Shown here: positions 10,526-22,942 of the stretch, piece by piece
How positions within the stretch are numbered: the first letter of the stretch is position 1
Layout of the letters: each line of letters starts with the position of its first letter
Assembly (NCBI RefSeq): GCF_001194135.2
Contig: NC_068994.1
Span: 59,611,184-59,662,584, forward strand
Direction of reading: 5' to 3'
Source of the DNA: Octopus bimaculoides
Lineage: Eukaryota
DNA length: 51,401 bases
Notes under the pieces: model-generated
Told to the model about the DNA's origin: nothing
The model's database searches: none
Seen by the model: the letters and a program-made list of their open reading frames with translations, nothing else
Program-made: the position numbers and the translations under genes

Positions 10526-13500
10526 TACATACATACATACATGCATACATACATACACACATACATAGGGAAAGGGGGGAGTGGGAAGGAGGTAAACCGG
10601 ATAATAACAGTTTTGATGAATTTAGTTTCTTAATTTTCGTTCTTTCTCTTTTTCACTTTCTTTCACGCGAATTCTTTCCTCTCCATCTCTTCGACGTTCC
10701 CGTCTACTGGATAACCCCGTTCAAATCAAATCTATTTCTTTGCTTAAATATATTAGGCTTTGTAAAAGTTGGCCACAACGAAGCTCACGATCATTGATTT
10801 TGTCATCTTTAAATATATTACGATGTCTGATCATTAATATGGAAGGAAAAGATAGAGTAACAGACACAAAGGAGGTGGGGGTGGAGACTGAAAGAAAGAG
10901 AAGGAAATGGAGAGAGGGAAAAGAAGGAGAAGGGGAGGGACACGAAAGGAGAGAGAGAGGAAAATTAAAAAGAAGAAAAATTTAGAAGAGAGAGAGAGAG
11001 AGAAAAACACAAAGGAAGAAAAGAAAAGAAGCAAGAAGGGAAAGAAGGAGCGAGAGAGGGAGGAAGGGGGGGGGAGAGATGAAAGGAAGATGATTTGTGT
11101 GTCAGGTGAACTAGAAACGGCGCAAAGTTTTGTATCGGTGGACTATATTTGAAATTAGGGAAGGTGTGTAAAAGTAGAAAGAAAAGCTTGTAAGACACGT
11201 GTGAAAAGAAGCAGAAAGAGGAGGAGGAGGAGGAGGAGGGGGAGGAAATGTATTTGTAGGGTAGCAGTGAGAGGTACGACAAATATGTGTGGGTGTGGGT
11301 GTGTGTAATGACAGACCATAATTGTATTAGCTATGTCAAAGTGAAGTTGACCTGTCAGAGCTAAATATGGTGGCTGCAATGTTACAAATTTTCAAATATT
11401 CTGCTGGACGGGTGTAGAATTTTCCAGATTATATCCTGAAAGATCTGATAACTCGGCTTATGTGTGCCAGTCAGAAAAGATTTTTCATCTTAACATTTCT
11501 TGTCAATGAGTTAATTTCGCAATGTCACCAAAATGAGGTTTTTCCGAGGAAAATACAGACTAGATAGCTTTACAGACACAATAGCTTTAAAAATGGAATT
11601 TCGTTGAAATTCTTCGACTTTTTAAATGAGTTCTCTAAAAATATCAATTTTTTTTTCTTTTTTTTTTTTTTTTGAACTTGAATTTAGTTATTAAGGTTAT
11701 CCAGCAGATTCAATGTTGCTCAAAAACATTTCGCAGAAGTCAGAAAATATTCGTAAACACTCGTATCTGTTTTTTTTTTCTCTTAACGTCGACAAAGGAA
11801 CTTGGGATTATCTGCTGAATTTTCTGACCATTTTACTTCACTTATATTTTATTCCATTGTATATATTTATCAGGTACCTATTTTCTGTACTCTAATTATA
11901 TTTCTCTCTCAAATTTACCATTTATTTATTTCTATACAATTCCTTTCCTTTCATCCCGTTCTATTCTAGTGACATCTTTATTGGCTGGAATGTTTTCTCT
12001 CTATTTCCGTACCCCGTCAACAACAATCTAACTTTCCTTACAACTTTCAGCCGTCTCTTTTCATACCATTTCACTTTCATACACCTTTTATTTTTAAATC
12101 TTCCTTTCTGTCTTCTTTCTCAAAACATGAAGACTTCCGCTCAGAGTAACAGCGCGCGCTTTTCAAGAGCGTTTATCCAGTGGTTGTCGAAATGTTGGAA
12201 CGTTAACACCTGGTTCTTTTTCGTCACCGTTTTGCATTATCTCATTCAAATGTAGACACTAATCTATCTACAAGCTTATGGCTCGTCTAACTCGACATGG
12301 AATTTCTACCTCGCCTCGCTATCACTTCAAAACTTATTGGATATTTTAGATCTGCATCCAAGTACCGGAGCTAACTACCTTGATGTCTATTAAGGAATTA
12401 ACTCGTGTCTCATACACCCTGTTGTCTTGTACGCTTATCTCTGTTGTGCCAGGTACTTCATGTGTGAGCAAGGAATAAATTATGTTTGCTAACCAAAAGT
12501 ATTACCTTCTGATTGTTATCGTTACCTTTATGTAAAACATGCATTTATACGTTTCAAACCGTCTTACGTGCACACATCTAAATATATTTCCTAAACTGGT
12601 GAAGCCCAACTCTTTACTTACCTCTTGTTACATTTGTATTCCTCCGCCACTAGCTTTTAAAGAGCGGAGGAACGCAGCACCAGTGTACTGCTGCGCTGGA
12701 GCGAAGTAATTCGACTGCTTTGCTATGCTACAGTTTTGTTGTAGGATTTGATAGAATCTAGGCAGATCAACATGTAGGACGCCAGTAATGGCTACGTACA
12801 ACAATAACATAGGGTTCATAGTGAGATAAAACAACCGTAAAGGTAAGATACTGTAGATATGTAGATATATTAGTACTAAATCCACTTCAAACCGTAGATC
12901 CGACTCAAGGTTGGTTCTTTGTACAACGTAGATATAAAAAAGAACACAAATCGGGTTTAAAAATGAACACAACTGTTTGGGCAGAACTTTTCATTGATGT
13001 CTTCATAGAATGCACCACAGCACAAATCCACTCTATTCCGGTGTAAACAAATATAAACAGGTGGGATCAGCGGAAATATCTTTAATCTTTTCACTCCAAC
13101 AACGTAAAAAGATAAACCGCCAATAACGCACAAATGCATGCCACCACCACCACCACCACCANNNNNNNNNNNNNNNNNNNNNNNNNNNNNNNNNNNNNNN
13201 NNNNNNNNNNNNNNNNNNNNNNNNNNNNNNNNNNNNNNNNNNNNNNNNNNNNNNNNNNNNNNNNNNNNNNNNNNNNNNNNNNNNNNNNNNNNNNNNNNNN
13301 NNNNNNNNNNNNNNNNNNNNNNNNNNNNNNNNNNNNNNNNNNNNNNNNNNNNNNNNNNNNNNNNNNNNNNNNNNNNNNNNNNNNNNNNNNNNNNNNNNNN
13401 NNNNNNNNNNNNNNNNNNNNNNNNNNNNNNNNNNNNNNNNNNNNNNNNNNNNNNNNNNNNNNNNNNNNNNNNNNNNNNNNNNNNNNNNNNNNNNNNNNNN

Positions 13501-13748
13501 NNNNNNNNNNNNNNNNNNNNNNNNNNNNNNNNNNNNNNNNNNNNNNNNNNNNNNNNNNNNNNNNNNNNNNNNNNNNNNNNNNNNNNNNNNNNNNNNNNNN
13601 NNNNNNNNNNNNNNNNNNNNNNNNNNNNNNNNNNNNNNNNNNNNNNNNNNNNNNNNNNNNNNNNNNNNNNNNNNNNNNNNNNNNNNNNNNNNNNNNNNNN
13701 NNNNNNNNNNNNNNNNNNNNNNNNNNNNNNNNNNNNNNNNNNNNNNNN

Positions 13749-13789
<41 letters not shown>

Positions 13790-14469
13790 TACACACATAT
13801 ATATATAGTATTATATGTTTTACATTTATTTTTATGTGCGTATGTTTCTGTATGTATGCGTATGTCAGACAGTGAACGTATATGTATAGATGATCAGAAG
13901 CAAAGAGTTTTTTAACATTATATAATCTATACTAAAACGCCGTCTGTGTAACTTTCTCTATTGCTCTCTCTAACAAGGGTGACCTCAATAAACTAAAACA
14001 TGATCTCCACTTCATAATTACTTTTAGTTTAATATTTGATACCCCCAGCATTAAGTATATTAACACTACCATAACGATTGCTTTGCATGCGGTTGGAGGA
14101 ATACTTATTCTCGATAGTGAAGTTTCTCAAACATGGCACCTCAGAACCTAATAGCTCTATATCAGATGTTAGCAATTCCATAACTGATTTTAGAGAAACA
14201 AACCCGCTGTGTGCTGGTTTTTAACTTGTACCCAAATAGTTATAATAAAAACTTGTTTATTTAAAAAGAAATTAATTTTAGAGGTAATGTTTTAATATAG
14301 GATATATAATGTTCAAAATTTCTTTGCTTCTGATCATTCATACATATATGTTTGTGTTTTTTTTTCTTATGACTAATTTGATTCATTTAAAAGGCACAGT
14401 TTTTACTGGAAATCCGCTCCAGTTTATTATTATTAGCAAGTAACATCTGGTCGGTGGCGTGTTGTAGGC

Positions 14470-14720
14470 GTATAAAATATTTGAATTTAATGGAAGGACA
14501 TTCATGAGATAACGAAGTCTTTTGTCATACAACATGCTGGATAATTATATGGAAGAATTTCATAGTTATTGAAGGCAAAATAAGGAGAAGAAGACTACTG
14601 TATGTAAGCAATGTGTACATGATTCGCCATTATACCACAGGACAGGTATGTCTTGTCGAATAAGACACGAGCATGTTAAGCAAGGAAGAGTTCAAAGAGA
14701 GTGAGAGACCATCTCGTGAT
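14470..14720 (+). mobile_element. Possible decayed RTE-like LINE 3' remnant
   Basis: Weak translation KIRRRRLLY after a ..NE.. segment, resembling RTE TNEE...IR.RRLR.AGH. Very degenerate. Confidence 0.25.
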
Positions 14721-15144
14721 ATAGAACGACAAAGTTCCGTGTAGACAGCAGATGGTTCTGTCTGGGGATAAATTCGCCAACATTTTGTAATCGTTAACAG
14801 AAGTATCTAGAACTTTCAACCAAACTATTTGGCGTGACTTCCTTTTCATGTTCATTGCATCAACCATAACAAGTCAGACAATGCTGAGGAGTCGAATTCT
14901 GTTCACGTAGGCGTTTATGCCATATTTAGAAATCTAGTTATACTGGGGATTTAATGAAGAAATCTGCACGTGGTGGTTTTGAATGGCGATAACATCCTCG
15001 TTACGTCATCTTTCGGAGGGTTCACCAACATCTCTGGGTATGATAATTCCATGCAAAGACAATTTAACTAAAAGACCGACAACAACAATCTACAGACTTT
15101 CAAACAGTTTCTAGAGTCTGTAATAAATGCATACAAACCATTAT

Positions 15145-15535
15145 TTTTTACTTGTTTCAGTCATTAGACTGTGGCCATACTGGGGCCCCGGCTTAAAGAA
15201 TCTTTTGTTGAATGAATGGATCCCAGTACTAATGTTTTTTAAGCTTGTCTCTTTTGCCGAACAGCTAAGTTACAGGGGATGTAAACACACCAACACCTGT
15301 TGTCAAGCAGGGGTGGGGGACAAACACAGACACAAAGACACACACACACACACATATACACGCACGCACGCACGCACGCACACACGCACAAACAGACATA
15401 TATACGACGGGCTTCTTTCAGTTTCCGTCTACCAGACCCGCTCACAAGACTTTGGTCGGTCTTTGGAGGCTATGGTGGAAAACACTTGCCCAACGTGTCA
15501 CACTGAGAGGCTGAACCCAGAAAGAACTTCCATAA
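15145..15535 (-). mobile_element. tRNA-derived SINE family B, near full length, internal microsatellite
   Basis: Shares head (GGGCTTCTTTCAGTTTCCGTCTACCA...ACACTTGCCCAA...CTGAACCC) and tail (TACTTGTTTCAGTCATTAGACTGTGGCCATACTGGGG) with other copies. (CA)n/(CACG)n lies in the middle. Confidence 0.85.
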
Positions 15536-15728
15536 AACTTTGCATATTTTAATGCACAAATTTGAAACCCGTTTTATACGAAAAATGTGGAATGCATTAA
15601 AGCAGTTGAATTAAGTTAAAATTATTTTTGGAAATTAATTTTCTGTGCAGTTAAATTGTTAACTTATAAAGCCATAGCGCCCTGGGAGTGACCTTAATTC
15701 GGCATGTCACAGTGGCTGAAGATTACAT

Positions 15729-15762
<34 letters not shown>

Positions 15763-17070
15763 AGCAGCATCATTTAACGTCCATTTTCCATGGTGGCATG
15801 GGTTAGATGGTTTGACTGGGACTAGCAAGCCAGGGAGTATAAAATATTTATTCTCGAATAGACTAGGCTATCAGTCGCCATAACAATCAACATTATGATG
15901 TATAATTCTGGCTGAGTTGAAGGAACTTGGCTGCTTTTTCTAACTAGTCGACCTTCCCACAATATTAAGGTTCCTGTTGTTTGTCTTCATTGTAACACAT
16001 ATATACTTTGCGTGGGAAACGAAAACCGTATACGCGAAAGAACCTTCCCTTTGCACTGAAATAAACATCAATTTATTCATTGCACTACAATAAACATACA
16101 AAAAACCTGTCAGACTTTTAGTGTTGGGACGTTCAATTAATTCGAAGATAAGTTTTATTACTTTTATTCATAGTTAAATNNNNNNNNNNNNNNNNNNNNN
16201 NNNNNNNNNNNNNNNNNNNNNNNNNNNNNNNNNNNNNNNNNNNNNNNNNNNNNNNNNNNNNNNNNNNNNNNNNNNNNNNNNNNNNNNNNNNNNNNNNNNN
16301 NNNNNNNNNNNNNNNNNNNNNNNNNNNNNNNNNNNNNNNNNNNNNNNNNNNNNNNNNNNNNNNNNNNNNNNNNNNNNNNNNNNNNNNNNNNNNNNNNNNN
16401 NNNNNNNNNNNNNNNNNNNNNNNNNNNNNNNNNNNNNNNNNNNNNNNNNNNNNNNNNNNNNNNNNNNNNNNNNNNNNNNNNNNNNNNNNNNNNNNNNNNN
16501 NNNNNNNNNNNNNNNNNNNNNNNNNNNNNNNNNNNNNNNNNNNNNNNNNNNNNNNNNNNNNNNNNNNNNNNNNNNNNNNNNNNNNNNNNNNNNNNNNNNN
16601 NNNNNNNNNNNNNNNNNNNNNNNNNNNNNNNNNNNNNNNNNNNNNNNNNNNNNNNNNNNNNNNNNNNNNNNNNNNNNNNNNNNNNNNNNNNNNNNNNNNN
16701 NNNNNNNNNNNNNNNNNNNNNNNNNNNNNNNNNNNNNNNNNNNNNNNNNNNNNNNNNNNNNNNNNNNNNNNNNNNNNNNNNNNNNNNNNNNNNNNNNNNN
16801 NNNNNNNNNNNNNNNNNNNNNNNNNNNNNNNNNNNNNNNNNNNNNNNNNNNNNNNNNNNNNNNNNNNNNNNNNNNNNNNNNNNNNNNNNNNNNNNNNNNN
16901 NNNNNNNNNNNNNNNNNNNNNNNNNNNNNNNNNNNNNNNNNNNNNNNNNNNNNNNNNNNNNNNNNNNNNNNNNNNNNNNNNNNNNNNNNNNNNNNNNNNN
17001 NNNNNNNNNNNNNNNNNNNNNNNNNNNNNNNNNNNNNNNNNNNNNNNNNNNNNNNNNNNNNNNNNNNNNT

Positions 17071-17790
17071 GTAGAAGGGTACCGGCAGATGAGGAATGCA
17101 CTGAATTGAACCATGGACCGCTATTTAGCTGCAAGGCGGAACGGAGGCAGGCACGTCGGTGCTGGTCAAGTAATGCCTCTGGCCACACCAAGATGGACTT
17201 GCATCTGATGTCGTCCCAATTGTGTTGGACATCATATTCTCATGGACAGCCCCCCCCCCCCAGTTGTATAATCGGCTAGAGCTAACTCTTGTTCCTTGGC
17301 GACATTTGATTCGGCCACCTCGTGGGGCACCTCACCGATGAGAGTGTGGCCGGAGGAGCGCGAGGAAAGTTAAGCCAGCAGAGCCAGGTTCACTGCAGAA
17401 CGGAGACCAAGGCCACCGAATCCAACAAACAGATCGGCCCGTTGCCAGCCAACGCTGCCAAAACTGACTTTGAAGATCTGTTCGGCACAACGCTGGATGT
17501 TGTTATCCAATCCCTTCGTTCGTTTTTAAGACGGAAAAGGAGCGTTTCCCAAAATAAAGAACGCCAAGACAAGATTCGTTTATTTTTGAAATTCTTTACA
17601 ATACGTAAAATGTGTATAAGGAGGCGAATTGACAGAATGATTAGCAGCCATCTTGACCACCTGAGTGTTGTAGCCTCCCAGGAAATTAACCGTGAACCCA
17701 ACCAAGCACTAAATTTCACACTTGTCATGAAGAACTGTAACAACTTTAGTTGTTATTGTTGTTCAACTCCAGGTCAGCCCTGATCAAGCA
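17071..17790 (-). mobile_element. Decayed CRE-clade-like (RLE-type) non-LTR retrotransposon fragment
   Basis: Minus-strand reading gives KCEI...ILGNAP...GWQRADLFVGFGGLGLRSAVNLALLA*LSS...LLDQHRRACLRSALQLNSGPWFNSVHSSSAGTLL, matching my recollection of CRE motifs W.QA.LP...GGLG.RS...A..A..SS and D.ARL......SG.WL...P....G..L. Continues into a gap. Confidence 0.6.
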
Positions 17791-18333
17791 AGCTTATGAT
17801 TAAAAGGCATTCTATTCCAGCATTATTCTTCAGATTGCACATGTGTCGAAGCACAGCATATTCTTTTTTAAAACCGGTAGACAAAGATTTGAAGGTGTTT
17901 TCACTGCTATTTCTAGCGAATCAGACAAATCCGTTGAGACCCCTTCGTTGGCTTTGGTTATCTGGAGACGTGTAGTGACTAGAGATGCAGATAGTCTTCA
18001 TATAGCTGAATGTTTTCCTTCTATGAACTGGCCATAAACAATCGAAAGTCCTTGAAATCAAAAACTTCTTTAATCGAAGCACTTAAACAGTATTAAGACG
18101 ATCGTTATTGGCCACGCTGTAGAGATTCATTGCACATTAATGTACAAATGCAGTCTGCCAGAAATCCAAAACAACTTTAGAAAGGGTTTCTTTTTTAGCC
18201 GAAGCGCAATGATGACGTTTTATTATTATTATTATTTTATGTGTGTAGTTTTTATGTCAGTATTGGGACATGAAATAGTGTTTGTTGTTAAGATATATCA
18301 ATTGTCGGTCGTTTGAAAGCTTCCAGCTCGTAA

Positions 18334-18600
18334 GTGCACGAACCATGGTTCTCTCTCAGATGCATGGATCTTTATCGACCGCATCCAATGGAAAGCCATT
18401 TACAAATGTATTTTAATAATGACATAATCAGCAAACAACAGATTTTCGAATGGCCTCGCAGAATGTCACATCTAATTGCCCGTGATTATTGGCTGTGGTG
18501 CTATTTGAAAGCCAATCTCCATTTCCCTCAGCCTTAGAATATCTGCAACGACAAAAGGCAACAATATCAAACTTCATTCCTGCCAACCTCATTACGGAAT
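18334..18600 (+). mobile_element. Tc1/mariner-superfamily transposase C-terminal remnant
   Basis: IISKQQIFEWPRRMSHLIARDYWLWCYLKANLH is a decayed match to IISR....WPPRSPDL.P.D..LWGYLK..VY. Confidence 0.55.
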
Positions 18601-18759
18601 AATGGAATCTCAATAAATAACCTTTACATTCTAATTCCATTTAGTGTTTGCTAAAATGCATTTTTAAATTGAATATTACAGTCTCTCCCTCCTTCTCTCT
18701 CACTCTCTTTTTCTTTTCCATGCTCTTTATCTGTAATATACATATATACATACATGCAT

Positions 18760-18808
<49 letters not shown>

Positions 18809-19422
18809 AATATAAAAATGGAACAAAAACGCAATAGAGGACAATGAAACATTTGGACAGATAGCTGATACAAAGGCAGACTTGCATCTCCTCGGCCGGG
18901 TTCAGGAGCGAGTCTCTAATATGATTGGTCACTCTCATGCTCCAACTCTGCAACTCTTGTCACATCGACATCATCAGTCTAAGTTCAATCTATCGTTAAT
19001 GCTACAGAAAGTGCTCGAATGAACTTTCTCTCTCAGTTCCACATCACTTTGTGCCATCTCACTTGACTCGAATCTCACATCGTCTTCATCCAAATACTGT
19101 TACACTTCCGCGAAGAAGGAAGTCTTTCTACAGTTGTAGCCTTTTCCTTTCCGACTGCCGCCCTTTGCAACTCTCTTCCAGCTCATTGTTTTTCTCCTTC
19201 TTATCACTCTTTCAAGTCAATTCATTCCTTTCGTCATAATTCCTCTCTTTCATCAGAGTCCCTTAAACTAAATGCTTCACACTTTCTTTGCGACTTTCTC
19301 ATACAGAAAAATTAACACCAAAAATTATTTTATGATATTTTATATGAAATGTTACGTTTCTCCTGGTGATTCTTTGTGGCTTTTTTTCTCTTGCTGCTAA
19401 ACTTATAGCATTTCGGCTTCTG

Positions 19423-19465
<43 letters not shown>

Positions 19466-19694
19466 CCTTCATCTCCCACGTTCTGTTCGTCATCAATAAT
19501 TCTATAACTTTGATTTTGTTCCAGGTCGGTGGTGTTCGCTCTCTGCAAACTCACTTTTGATTGTGGGAAGAGGTGATCCATACGGCCCTTCCATTTTGAC
19601 TTGTTCAGCATAGGAAGGAAGGAGCTGGTGGTCTCTTGGGGTCATTAAGGCACACGGGCCTACACAACACAACAAAGACTACACTTTGTTATAG

Positions 19695-19837
<143 letters not shown>

Positions 19838-19848
19838 TACATATATTT

Positions 19849-19910
19849 ATATGAATAATAACAATAAATGGAGCAAAACGCATTGCTCCATTTATTGTTA
19901 TTATTCATAT
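19849..19910. other. Perfect inverted repeat: 28-bp arms, 6-nt spacer
   Basis: ATATGAATAATAACAATAAATGGAGCAA-AACGCA-TTGCTCCATTTATTGTTATTATTCATAT. Confidence 0.95.
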
Positions 19911-20177
19911 CTGCTCAAAATGCATCTCTTCAACTTGGTATCTCTACCTATAAAATGGGTGTGATATCCTGGGGCTTTTTGTGTGATTTTTGCTACCCAT
20001 GGTAACTATTAACATACTTACATTGTCAATATTTTTTAAAACTGAGATAATATTAATACACACACACACACATATATATATATATACATATATAACTATA
20101 CTTGAATGCACAAGCATAGAAGCAAACATGCACACACACACACACGCGGATATAAATATGTGTTGTTTATGTTTCAG

Positions 20178-20314
20178 GTCGAATGACTGTGCTGGATGTG
20201 GTTGAACTGAATCCAGAACTTGGAACAGAGACGGATGCCAAGACGACAACCGACAATACAGTCCTGGTCATTGAACATTATTTTGGCAAAAAACGGATGG
20301 GAAACTTGTCTTAA
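20178..20314 (+). CDS. ARG: Arginase last coding exon ((G)RMTVLDVVELNPELGTETDAKTTTDNTVLVIEHYFGKKRMGNLS*)
   Basis: gtttcag acceptor at 20176-20177 and TAA at 20312-20314. Matches the arginase C-terminal LDIMEVNP...FG..R.GN pattern. Confidence 0.9.
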
Positions 20315-21101
20315 GGTGTCACCTAAACCTTCGTTTGAATAATCCGGTGGATCCATTACAATTCACAGCCGCTATACTCCCCCTCTAATAGCCATTAATC
20401 TCTCTCCATCCCTCCCCTTCTAACAGCCACTATATTCTCAATCCCGCCTCTCACACAATGTCCAGCTTCAACTATGAATTGCTCTATTTTAATTATTCAC
20501 GATGATTCATTTAGATAATTATGTGGGGTTTTTTCTTATACAATCTATTTAATACTAGACTCTTGTATTTTTTACTGTGTTCTACATACATACATGCATA
20601 CACACACACATACATGTATGAATATATATACATACATATATCAATAAACCCGACGAATGGGTGTTATGCCATCTGTTATGGTATAGCTGCAAAAGTACTT
20701 CATTAAGAGATTCGAATCATACAGGTAGGTGTGTGAACGTTTGCTATAGTCGTAAGAGGACGCTATATATTCTCCCGGGTCTTCAGGTTACACCTTAATT
20801 AAAACAGGTAAATAGTGATATCTTCCTAAGGTCCACGCTTGCAGAGAAAGGAAAAGAGTAAAAGTGGTGAGCTTCAACTATTCTAGCCAGGAAGTTTATT
20901 AATTCCCTACCACCACCACCACTGCATGTAATGAGCCTCTTTAATTAAGACTAGAAGTGGATAAAATCGAGTATCCAAGGAAACCGGTGATTACCTGTAC
21001 CGGTAAATATAAATCAATATAAAATTTGAAAGACCCCAAAAGTTGAAGGTAAAATTGAAGAAAATACTGTTTCATCGAATTGATCTTTCCTGTTAAGGTG
21101 C

Positions 21102-21159
<58 letters not shown>

Positions 21160-21509
21160 CTATTTTGCTTTGGCATAGCGACAGTAATAACTTGAGGTTA
21201 GAGTACGCACCTGCTTCAGAATAAAGCGTTTGTCGATTGCAGAGCGTAATATGAAATTAAATGAGAGACAAAGAGACGGGAAATTATGTAATAAACCTCA
21301 TTGCATAATCCCCTGCGTGTGTGTGTGTGTGTGTATGTATGTGTTTGTAGGGATTACAAATTAATAAATCGACAGATGCAATATTTTGCATAAATATATA
21401 CATATATACAGAAATTAACTTTTGTTCTTGTTAAACCTTATTTTCATGAGATAAATAAAAATGTTGACAGCCATTGTGTTGTTGTTGTTCAGTTGGGGTT
21501 GCCTTCAGC

Positions 21510-21553
<44 letters not shown>

Positions 21554-21919
21554 CTGTGTGTGTGTTCGTATGTTACTCTATGTATACGGTATTATAGATC
21601 CATTGCAGCCAATCTTACCCATAGTTTTCCTACCGGATATTAGATAATTGGATGATTGTCCGGTGCTTATGTTCTTTAGAAATGGCAGGTATAGAAATAA
21701 AAACCGGCGTCTGCCTTCTTTAACTTCAGCTATGAAAGTTCCACATCCGGTTCGCGGTTGCTGCGGAAAAGACGAACCGAAGCAATGATTTATCAACAGT
21801 TATGTTCTTTGCACTCCATTTAAAGAAAACTGAATGTATTGTGATACATATTGGTCCATCTGCACCGATGGTGGAGATCGTGGATCATAACCGTGGCAGG
21901 GGGGGGGGGGATCTACGTA

Positions 21920-22260
21920 TAAGCCATCACGTATTTTCTTTCATGTGGACACAGGCTAGAGATCTCGCTCCTGTAGTTAAGGTAAATATCCATGTATCTG
22001 CAATTTCTGCTTTTGTAAAAATAAGGCTGTCACTTTTCAAACATTTCCCAATTTATATTGTAATCAATGGCTCATTCCTTCAACGACCACACATGCTTAG
22101 CCAGCGCTGTAATATTGCGTCCCTCCTGAATATTAATGCAGGATTTTTGGTTGTTAAATCTGTTTCTGAAAGGTTCTTCTGCAGTGCCGACATTTATTTG
22201 CATGTTTGATTACACGTTGGAATCATTTGTCGTCACCCCTCCTCATATACAGCTGCTTCT
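21920..22260 (-). mobile_element. Penelope-like element GIY-YIG endonuclease remnant
   Basis: QINVGTAEEPFRNRFNNQKSC...TALAKHVWSLKE*AIDYNINWEM...RSEISSLCPHERKYV matches the PLE pattern YIG.T...FK.R..NH.....T.LSK.VW.LK...Y.I.W...RSEL...C.H..KY. Internal stops. Confidence 0.7.
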
Positions 22261-22862
22261 GTGTTGCTGAAGCTGGTCAGAGGAAATGTGATGTTGCCTC
22301 TGCATTAGCATTCTGTGTCAGGTGTGGACCGACCTATTAATAGATTCTCTATGCTAAGGAAACTCTTACAAAGTTTCTATGAAAGAGCAAGGGACATAAC
22401 TGTTGATATCTAATTCTCTTGTCTCCTGTTATTTTGCTACATTTTTATTATAACACCCTTCAAGCCGGACATCGCAATTCCTCACCTCGAGTAATATTTA
22501 AAGCATTCAGCATTCTTTTCCGTACCTGTTTTTCATTAAAGAGCTCGTGTGTTAGATAACCGTCGAGGGATCTAATATCTTGCGTGAAACCGATTGGTAA
22601 GATCGTCTGTAATGTATCTCTAAAACTGTGTACCCTGTTAATTACTTTAATATATCCATGCAGTTGACAAATATACGAGAGCTAATTTTTATGTTGATTT
22701 TTCAGCAACAATATATAGGCACATATACACATTTATATGTTATGTGCATGGGGACCTGGTGTGTGTCGCGGTTTGTTATTTAAGCCCACGTCGATTCATC
22801 CGTGCTGTTGTTTTACATTTATAATAAAATAAATATATACAAATTCTAAAAATATATATATA

Positions 22863-22942
22863 CAGTACAATACTGTTTCTACTTCGCGGATGGGGTGCGG
22901 AATGGGTGGAATGTAACACCCACGATAGTCAAGAGATTACTG
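22863..22942. mobile_element. Possible short Tc1/mariner (Tigger/pogo-type) MITE
   Basis: CAGTA...TACTG ends flanked by TA on both sides, with imperfect terminal inverted repeats. Confidence 0.3.

Noticed and set aside
10845-11245. Purine-rich GA tract giving Lys/Glu/Arg-rich or Phe/Leu-rich ORFs (similar tract at 40740-40875)
   Set aside because: Low-complexity sequence with no splice or motif support for coding. H-DNA potential is generic.
12648-12715. Two short hairpins near a CTAG, suggesting a Helitron 3' end (similar weak signal at 31995-32025)
   Set aside because: Spacing is atypical, no matching 5' end or second copy was seen, and the signal is too weak to call.
17322-17783. 153-aa plus-strand and 117-aa minus-strand ORFs
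   Set aside because: Shadow frames of the decayed CRE-like RT, which lies in a third, stop-interrupted frame.
21802-22209. 135-aa plus-strand ORF
   Set aside because: Antisense shadow of the Penelope endonuclease remnant.
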